64,000 nt of DNA from Narcine bancroftii (lineage: Eukaryota): the NCBI RefSeq assembly GCF_036971445.1, contig NC_091476.1, forward strand, positions 148,614,001-148,678,000, given 5' to 3'. Of the stretch, positions 57,501-64,000 are shown one piece after another. A model generated the notes under the pieces. That model saw only the letters and a program-made list of their open reading frames with translations, was not told where the DNA came from and did no database searches. Each line of letters begins with the position of its first letter. The stretch's first letter is position 1. The translations under genes were made by a program, and so were the position numbers.

Positions 57501-60500
57501 AAGTGCTGGTTTTCAAGCTTCTTTACCTTTTGCCAGAAGATAGCACAGGAAGAGGTTGTAGTGGAGGATTAAAAAAACAAAATGCTGGAGAAACTCAGCA
57601 GGTCAAACAATGTAGCAAAGGTAGAAATACATAACCAATGTTTCAGGCTTGAGCCTTTCACCAAGGTATGAGAGAATGCCAGCAGGCATCCAAATGAAAG
57701 GGTAGGGGGTGGCAAAGGCAGGAGATGATAGGTAGGGGAGGGAGAGCAACAATGAGGGGGAGGAGGGATGGCTGGGTGGGTAAAGGGGAAGTGAGGGGGG
57801 GGGGAAGAACTGGAAAGACAGGAAAGGGGGAGGGAAAAGACAAGGCAAGTAAGTTAGCAGAAAGCAGAGAAATCAGTATTAATGCCATTTGGCTGGAGAG
57901 TGCCCAGACAGAAGATGAGGTGTTGTTCCTCCAACCTGCGGGTGATCAGAATAGGATAGTGCAAAAGGCTGTTGACAGAAATTTGGGTCTGGGAGTGTGA
58001 CTCAGAATTGAAATGGTTGGCAGAGAGAGGAGGTGCTCAGCGAAGCAATTTTCCCCAATCTGCGACTGGTCTCTCTGATGTAGAGAACGCAACCAAGGGA
58101 GAACCAGACACAGTTAATAAGTGCCACAGATATACAAGTGAAGCATTGTTTCACTTGAAAGGCCTGTTTGGGGCCCCAGATCATGGTGAGGGAGGAGATG
58201 TGGGTGAACATGTTGCATCTCCTTCAGCCACAGGGGAAGGTGCCAGGGAAGGGGGCAATAGGTGGGGAGGGATGAGTGCACGAGGGAATCATGAAGAGAG
58301 TGGTCTCTGCCAAAGGCCAAGAGGAGCGGAGAAGAAAAAATATGTCTGGTGGTGGGATCCTGCAGTAAGTGCCAGAATTCTGGCAGATGATGTGTTGGAT
58401 CCAGAGGCTGGTATGGAGGTAGGTGAGGATGAGGGGGATCCAGTTTGTTGCATCTGGGGGCAGAGGCGGCCAGGGCAGATGAGCGGTAAATGGATATGCA
58501 ATTAAGTGCTGAGCTGAAACGTGGTGGAGGAGAAGCCACATTTGTGGAAGGCAGATATTTTGGAAAATGGCAGACATTTCAGATCTGGATCAAAAGACCT
58601 CATCTTGGGAACAGATGTGGAGGGGACGGAGAAAATGAGAGAAGGGGATGGAAGTATAGTTAAGGTGGTTGTGGGAGTGTAGTACGTTGATGGAAAGCTG
58701 GTCTCCCGAGAGATCCAGGTAGGGGAGAGCGTTATCAGAGATGGACCAGGCGAGTTTGAGATCAGGGTAAAAGTTAGACACAAAGAGGATGAAACTGACA
58801 AGCTCATTGCGGGTGCATCAGGCAGCCCCATCGTGGTTGTTGATATACCAGAAGAGTTGTGGGGTCTTGCATGTGTAGGCTTGTAGTAGGCAGGCATGAC
58901 TGGAATCCATGCAGGTACCAATAGTTACTCTTTTAATTTGGAGGAAGTGAGAGGAGTTATTTACTGCGTCCGATGCTCTCTTTGTGGCGTTCTCTATATC
59001 AGAGAGACCGGGAGCAGATTGCTGCGCACCTCCACTCCATCCGTAACCATAGCCACCACCCAGTAGTCAACCACTTCATTCTGAGTCACACTTCGAGACC
59101 CATGTATCTGTCCATAGCCTTTTGCACTATCCCACCCTGACCACCTGCAGATTGGAGGAACAGAACCTTATTTTCTGTCTAGGCACTCTCCAGCCAAATG
59201 GCATGAACACTGATTTATCTGCTTTCAAATCAACTTGCTCGCCTTGTCTTTTCCTTCCCCTTTTCTGGTCTTTCCAGTTCTTCCCCATCCCCCTTTCCCC
59301 TTACCCACCCAGCCACCCCTCCCCTCATCCACCTATCATCTCCTGCCTTTGCCACCCCTCCACCCTTTTGTTCGGATACCCACCAGCATTCTCTCATACC
59401 TTGATGAAGGGCTCAAGCCTGAAACGTTGGTTATGTATCTTTATCTTTGCTAGATGAAGTACAACCTCTGACCTGCTGAGTTTCTTCAGCATTGTGTTTT
59501 CACAAGAAGAGGTTGTGAGCAGGGTGATGGGCAATGCTTCCTAACCTGCTGAGTCCCTCCTTTGTTTGAACTTATCAGGTTCATATGACTTTGTAACATC
59601 TAAAAATAGTGAACTTATGAAGCATGTCGGGGTATTACTAGAAATAGCATCCAATGGTCTGCAAAATCTGGCAGTCAGGTGCAGCAAAGTACTGAGCATA
59701 CTGTACTATCACTTTTATTGTACTTGAAAAAGTACAGAAAGGATTCTATATACAGTAAGGAACAATGAATCATCTTAAGCTGACAACTTGGGTAAGAGCC
59801 TTGAATAAAGTATCCAATATCAGAATTGTAGAGGCGGTGTAAAAACCTGTTTCAATTCCCTAGAAATAATTTATATTCTTGGATGGCGGCTACATTATGC
59901 CTCCTGCAAAAATCACTAAAGGTTCTGTTATTCTGGGTTCAGAAGCAAATGATTCTGGACCATATTTGACTTGCTGCATATCCACTTACATCATCTTTCC
60001 TAATTTCTTTGGAACATCCTACTTCTGTTAAAATACTAAGACTGACAAATTTAAATGGGATTGAACACCTGCTTCCATTATGATTCTAGGATTCATTTTT
60101 TAAGAATTCCAGGAGCAAATATACTTACATTTGAGCTGGAAATCTTAATCCTTCAGACTCCTGCCATTTTTAACCTTTCATAATATATACTTTGGACTGG
60201 GTCTGAACAGCAATACAAACCATCTAGTGGTTGGGAACAAAACCAGACACCAAAAACTGAGACCTGGAACATATGCGTTTGTTGATAATCCCTGAAAACA
60301 GGCATACGGAGTTCAAAGGGGTAATCTTGTCAAAATAGGGCCTCAAAAGGAATTTGATTTGCGATTTTACATTTTCAACTTCAATAAACTATTATGCAGG
60401 TTGAGATTTTCACTTTGCCATAGATCAATAATATGCAAATTTCAACAACTGCTAAAGATTTTCACCTCTCAAACCCAACAGTAATACTATGATCATATAT

Positions 60501-62640
60501 AACCAAGTCACCAGAAACATGAACAAAATAGCTTTTTTTTGCAAAACCACATATACAGCAAATAATCAAAATAACCTCACTTGAATTGGTTTGAAGAAAA
60601 TAACAATTAAATTTTGAGCTGCAATTAACTTTGGAACCAATCCTGAGCATAGGAATTTACCTACTCCACAGATAATTTGCAAATGTGTTGCTTCAGTCAT
60701 TTTCAATTGTCCTAGGTGCCCTTAACCCTTCCTGGGTACTTTGATATTTACGCAAAAAAAATTACAATCTATGTAACCTTCTAAATTCAATAAATACTTT
60801 AGAATTTTCATTACATTCCACCTCTTAAATATCATAACATTTTTATTTCCAACATTTAAGAACAAGCTAAGAACAAATGTTTATTCAAGACTTGGTTCTC
60901 AGCTCAGGCTGATCAGAAACAGTGAGTGACTAGCTCAGTGTGCACATGGAGTCAGCCTAAATTGGCCTCCAGTGCACAGAATACACTGAAGAGGTGCAGT
61001 TCCAGTGATCCAGATTCAATTATAACCTCTGGGGATGTCTTTGTGGAATTTGCATTCTTTACTTGTGACAGCTTGAATTTCCCTTGGATGCTCTAGTTTT
61101 CTCCTCTATCCAAAAGCAAGTTGGTAAGTAGGTGAACCCATGTCGATTGGCTAATGGGAGTGTTGAGGTCAGGGTAGTAGGCATGAGGGAAACAAATTAT
61201 TACAGTAAAATAAGTGGAAAAAATATATTTGTTGAGATGTGAAAAAAATCAATTAATGTGATTGCTGAGATCTGACAGAATCAATGAGACAATTCATATG
61301 AATTATGAAAAGACAATACTCTTTACAAAGTTTAAATGAGCAGCTTACAACTCATCATAAATGCTAATTCTGCAGTTATTCAAATTTGTTCTGTGCACGA
61401 TTTCACCAAATTAAATCAAAAAGCTATTTCTCAAAATAATTTAAGTAGGATTTCAAATTTTACACTGGTTTCTCCAAGGGTGCATATTCACAAAACGTAC
61501 CCAATGCTCTCACTAGCCAATTACTTCAGAAATGCTTACTCATCTTTCCTCTTTGGGTATTATAAATGTTTCGCCATGTACTTCCAACATTAACATTGGA
61601 CCTCTGCAGCCATTGAGAAAATGTTTTCTTCCTTTTGTCAGTGAGTTACAGTACACTGGCTCAAAGAACTTAACTGATACAATCTGGCTCAAAGCCACAC
61701 ATTCGTCCACAAATCACTCTCTGCAAGCCATTCTAATTGGAAACGACAAGCTTGCAGTCAAGAATATGGAAATCGTCAGGCAGATCATTTATGTTTGCAA
61801 TCTTTTAAACAATCATTCGTCTGCTTGACACAGTCAAGTCAAATATGACTGGGAGAGGGAGCATGAGGGCAGGCAAAGAACGGAGATTGAGGCGGGCTGG
61901 GGTGGGTTTAAGGGCTGGGGGCTGGGGTGGGTTTAAGGGCTGGGGGCTGGGGTGGGTTTAAGGGCTGGGGTGGGTTTAAGGGCTGGGGTGGGTTTAAGGG
62001 CTGGGGGCTGGGGTGGGTTTAAGGGCTGGGGGCTGGGGTGGGTTTAAGGGCTGGGGGCTGGGGGGGGTTTAAGGGCTGGGGGCTGGGGGGGGTTTAAGGG
62101 CTGGGGGCTGGGGGGGGTTTAAGGGCTGGGGGCTGGGGGGGGTTTAAGGGCTGGGGGGGTTTAAGGGCTGGGGGGGTTTAAGGGCTGGGGGGGTTTAAGG
62201 GCTGGGGGCTGGGGGGGTTTAAGGGCTGGGGGCTGGGGGGGTTTAAGGGCTGGGGGCTGGGGGTGGTTTAAGGGCTGGGGTGGGTTTAAGGGCTGGGGGC
62301 TGGGGTGGGTTTAAGGGCTAGGGTGGGTTTAAGGGCTGGGGTGAGAGGAGCGATGGTGGGGTTTCAGCGGATGGCGCACGGACCTCGATCAGAAGAATGG
62401 AGCTGGTGGAGGGGAGTGGGGCGCTCAGAGAGAAGATGGAGTGAGGCACAACCTCCTGCCATCCGGCCACAATGCGGCCTAGCACAACAGGCCACACGCT
62501 TCGACTCGACCACATTTACCGTCAAGGACCTCGACGGTCGATGCATGAACACTGCTGGCTCGCCCCCAATCTCAAACCAGGGCGCCGCGGACTCACCATG
62601 TCGGACAATCGAACACAGGTTTTAGCTGAATCGCCTGCAT
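39229..62640 (-). CDS. PPP1R8: Nuclear inhibitor of protein phosphatase 1 (NIPP1): FHA domain, RVxF PP1-docking motif, C-terminal RNA-binding tail; 347 aa, 7 coding exons
   Basis: join(62597-62640, 52286-52346, 49330-49483, 44017-44234, 42753-42897, 41014-41078, 39229-39585) = 1044 nt, open, all GT-AG; ends EPKKKKYAKEAWPGKKPTPSLLI*. Confidence 0.97.
39985..40930 (+). mobile_element. Rex1/Babar LINE 3' fragment interrupted by an insert of about 450 bp (~40242-40696)
   Basis: ORF AAAIIKDPHYPAHALFSLLPSGKRSRCLQTRTTRFRNS; tail aataaatctgaaatctgaatctgaa; GGAGGCCT at both ends of the insert. Confidence 0.7.
41014..41078 (-). CDS. PPP1R8: PPP1R8 exon 6
   Basis: EDVDPSVGRFRNMVQTAVVPLK. Confidence 0.95.
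42094..42680. mobile_element. Tc1/pogo (Tigger-like) MITE
   Basis: TIRs CAGTAAAACCC and GGGTTTTACTG; TA on the right flank. Confidence 0.75.
42753..42897 (-). CDS. PPP1R8: PPP1R8 exon 5 (PP1-binding domain)
   Basis: NLTEFNTAHNKRISTLTIEEGNLEIQRPKRKRKSYRVSFSDDEEIINP. Confidence 0.96.
44017..44234 (-). CDS. PPP1R8: PPP1R8 exon 4
   Basis: THGTYLGRLRLEPHKPQQVPIDSTLSFGASTRAYTLREKPQ...LLGLPEEETELD. Confidence 0.96.
46426..46888. mobile_element. Tc1/pogo-like MITE, degenerate
   Basis: Imperfect TIRs CAGAAGAAAGTCCAAAAATACAGA and TCTGGATTTTAGGACTTCTACTG. Confidence 0.6.
47319..48282 (-). mobile_element. Complete solo LTR (964 bp)
   Basis: TG...CA termini (TGTTAC, GTCACA); 4-bp TSD ATAG at 47315-47318 and 48283-48286. 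Confidence 0.92.
49330..49483 (-). CDS. PPP1R8: PPP1R8 exon 3 (FHA core)
   Basis: KLIIDEKKYYLFGRNPDLCDFTIDHQSCSRIHAALVYHKHLKRVFIIDLNS. Confidence 0.97.
50041..50181. repeat. 141-bp direct duplicate, copy 1 (PPP1R8 intron 2)
   Basis: Identical to 51567-51707 except one substitution. Confidence 0.95.
51567..51707. repeat. 141-bp direct duplicate, copy 2 (PPP1R8 intron 2)
   Basis: Identical to 50041-50181 except one substitution. Confidence 0.95.
52286..52346 (-). CDS. PPP1R8: PPP1R8 exon 2
   Basis: GGKPPPGLHLDVVKGDKLVE. Confidence 0.95.
52945..53315 (+). mobile_element. CR1-type LINE 3' end
   Basis: IELFKIMKGIDRLDTNRLFPL...TRGHELRVRG..FFTQR..FKGRLDVY. Confidence 0.85.
55863..56720. mobile_element. 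Tc1/pogo (Tigger-like) non-autonomous DNA transposon
   Basis: TIRs CAGTACAACTCCGATTATCCGAAAT and TTTTGGATAACTGGAGCTGTACTG; TA TSD on both sides. Confidence 0.85.
57575..59500. mobile_element. Penelope-like element with inverted structure: minus-strand copy ~57575-58950 (RT and GIY-YIG remnants) plus plus-strand 3' copy ~58955-59500
   Basis: GPKQAFQVKQCFTC...LYIRETSRRLG on minus and YCVRCSLCGVLYIRETG on plus; mirrored terminal repeats with hammerhead-like motifs. Confidence 0.85.
61893..62342 (+). repeat. G-rich minisatellite (GGGCTG)1-2-GGGTGGGTTTAA, unit about 16-25 bp, in PPP1R8 intron 1
   Basis: About 20 GGTTTAAGGGCTGGGG cores read directly. Confidence 0.95.
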
Positions 62641-62800
62641 TTGAATCGCATCGAGAATGGAGAGCCACGGCGCGCTCTGGATTCTGGGTAACGAGCTGAA
62701 AGGGCGGCGAGTTGATGGACGACTCGCGTTGATTCTACGCATGCCCACAAATCGTCCCGCAGTGCATGCTAGGAAATGTAGTGCTCGTTCCAGCCCATTG
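62350..62800 (-). promoter_or_regulatory. PPP1R8 CpG island and promoter with ZNF143/THAP11-type motif
   Basis: CpG-dense; ACTACATTTCCTAGCATGC on minus at 62764-62782 (one mismatch to ACTACAnnTCCCAGnATGC); NRF1-like ACGCATGC at ~62737. Confidence 0.8.
62597..62640 (-). CDS. PPP1R8: PPP1R8 exon 1, coding part
   Basis: MQAIQLKPVFDCPTW, then GTGAGT donor; FDCPTW is conserved in NIPP1. Confidence 0.9.
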
Positions 62801-63684
62801 ACGGAGCAGTGTGAAAGGTAGAATTATGAATCACTTCTCCACGGGTGTTCCAAGTTCCGTTGAATTCTTACAGAAGTTCCCACGATGGTGAAAGGGTTTA
62901 AAGGAGGAAGAAATAGCCGCCACTTAGATTTTGGAGGCTTTAGGAGTCTGAATCTTACAATGATGGACCTCCTCCTGAGAGCACTGACAGGGCATGAAGT
63001 TCCCTCCAGTTTCTTCTCAAAGCTATGAAAACATATGTAAGCCAATGATCCTGGCAGCAAGTTCACTCGCTGCTCTAGGCCCTGCGTTCCAAATAGGCAG
63101 CAAGGTTTTATGTCTCCTGAGATGGAGAGATCGAGAAAAGGGAGGGTGTTGCTCGAGAGTGAAGTGAATTTGAGGTCAGGGTGGAAATTGACAGCTTCTC
63201 TCTGTCTTTATTGAGAGGCCTACCTGCTTTTTACTCATACCCAGAAGAAGGCTTCAGGCCGTTGGTAATGCATCTTTACCTCCCATGGACACTGCAAGAT
63301 CGACTGAGTTCGTCCGGCATTTATTATGGAGTTTTACTTGTGTTCCAAAGCCTCACCACCAAGTTTGCTGGTCCTCAAAAAGTTCTGCTTGTACTTTAAA
63401 CACACCAAGTAAGAAAAACTGGAGTGGGTGATAAAATGGTAGTTTTTTTAAAAAAAAAAGACACAAATAGAAAGATACAGATAGGCTATAGAGAGAAATT
63501 ATCAAAGATTGGGGCCTTGAATTTGAAGGCAAGTTGGATCAATGAAAATCAAGAATAAATCAGAGGCCAGGAAGAGAGCAGAGATAGTGACAGACTTGGA
63601 GTGAGTTATGGATTTGAGGATAAGAATTTTTAAATTGACGTTTTACAGATTGAAAGCTAGATTTAGGTTAGCAACAACAGAATA

Positions 63685-64000
63685 TAAAAGGATATAGACA
63701 GGATGCAGAGTTGGGCGGAAAAGTGGCAGATGGAGTTTAATCCGGATGTGTGAAGAGATGCATTTTGGAAGGTCAAACCTGAAGGCTGAGTACACGGTTA
63801 ATGGTTGGTTACTTAACAGTATGGAGGAACAGAGGGACCTTGGGGTCCAAATCGTATGTCTCTCAAGGTGCCTGCACAGATTGATAGCATAGTTTAGAAT
63901 GCCAATTGGATGCTGGGCTTCATTAGTCTGGGGGTTGAGTTCAAGAGATCAAGTTGCAGCTCTACAAATCTCTAGTGAGACCACACTTAGAATATTGTGT
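63685..64000 (+). mobile_element. CR1-type LINE RT C-terminal fragment, continues beyond the window
   Basis: DIDRMQSWAEKWQMEFNPD..MHFGRSN; RDLGVQI; LYKSLVRPHLEYC. Confidence 0.85.

Noticed and set aside
61893-62342. Interstitial telomeric repeat
   Set aside because: The core is TTTAAGGG within longer units, not (TTAGGG)n.

Overview
This is vertebrate genomic DNA, not prokaryotic. The repeat families suggest a cartilaginous fish, probably a ray; that is inference. Two intact multi-exon genes lie in tandem on the minus strand. TRNAU1AP/SECp43 has 9 coding exons (CDS 30204->10929, 290 aa). PPP1R8/NIPP1 has 7 coding exons (CDS 62640->39229, 347 aa). All exons were read by hand, with GT-AG boundaries and consistent phases. 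A third CpG promoter with probable first exon(s) of an unidentified minus-strand gene lies at about 420-900. Most of the rest is transposon-derived: a young L1-clade LINE with a 14-bp TSD, a degenerate Gypsy provirus, two solo LTRs, four RTE 3' ends, Penelope-like elements with minimal hammerhead motifs, CR1 and Rex1/Babar fragments, V-SINEs and Tc1/pogo MITEs. The most unusual structures are: (1) a perfect 41-bp inverted repeat in the probable TRNAU1AP 3' UTR; (2) a homogeneous CpG-rich satellite of about 75 x 29 bp that grew from a transposon terminus; (3) a CCAAT-box array in TRNAU1AP intron 1 with an inverted copy 6 kb away; (4) a duplicated 141-nt structured element in PPP1R8 intron 2; (5) U3-variant, dimer-dependent hammerheads. 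I cannot demonstrate a wholly new biological system from sequence alone; these are testable candidates.
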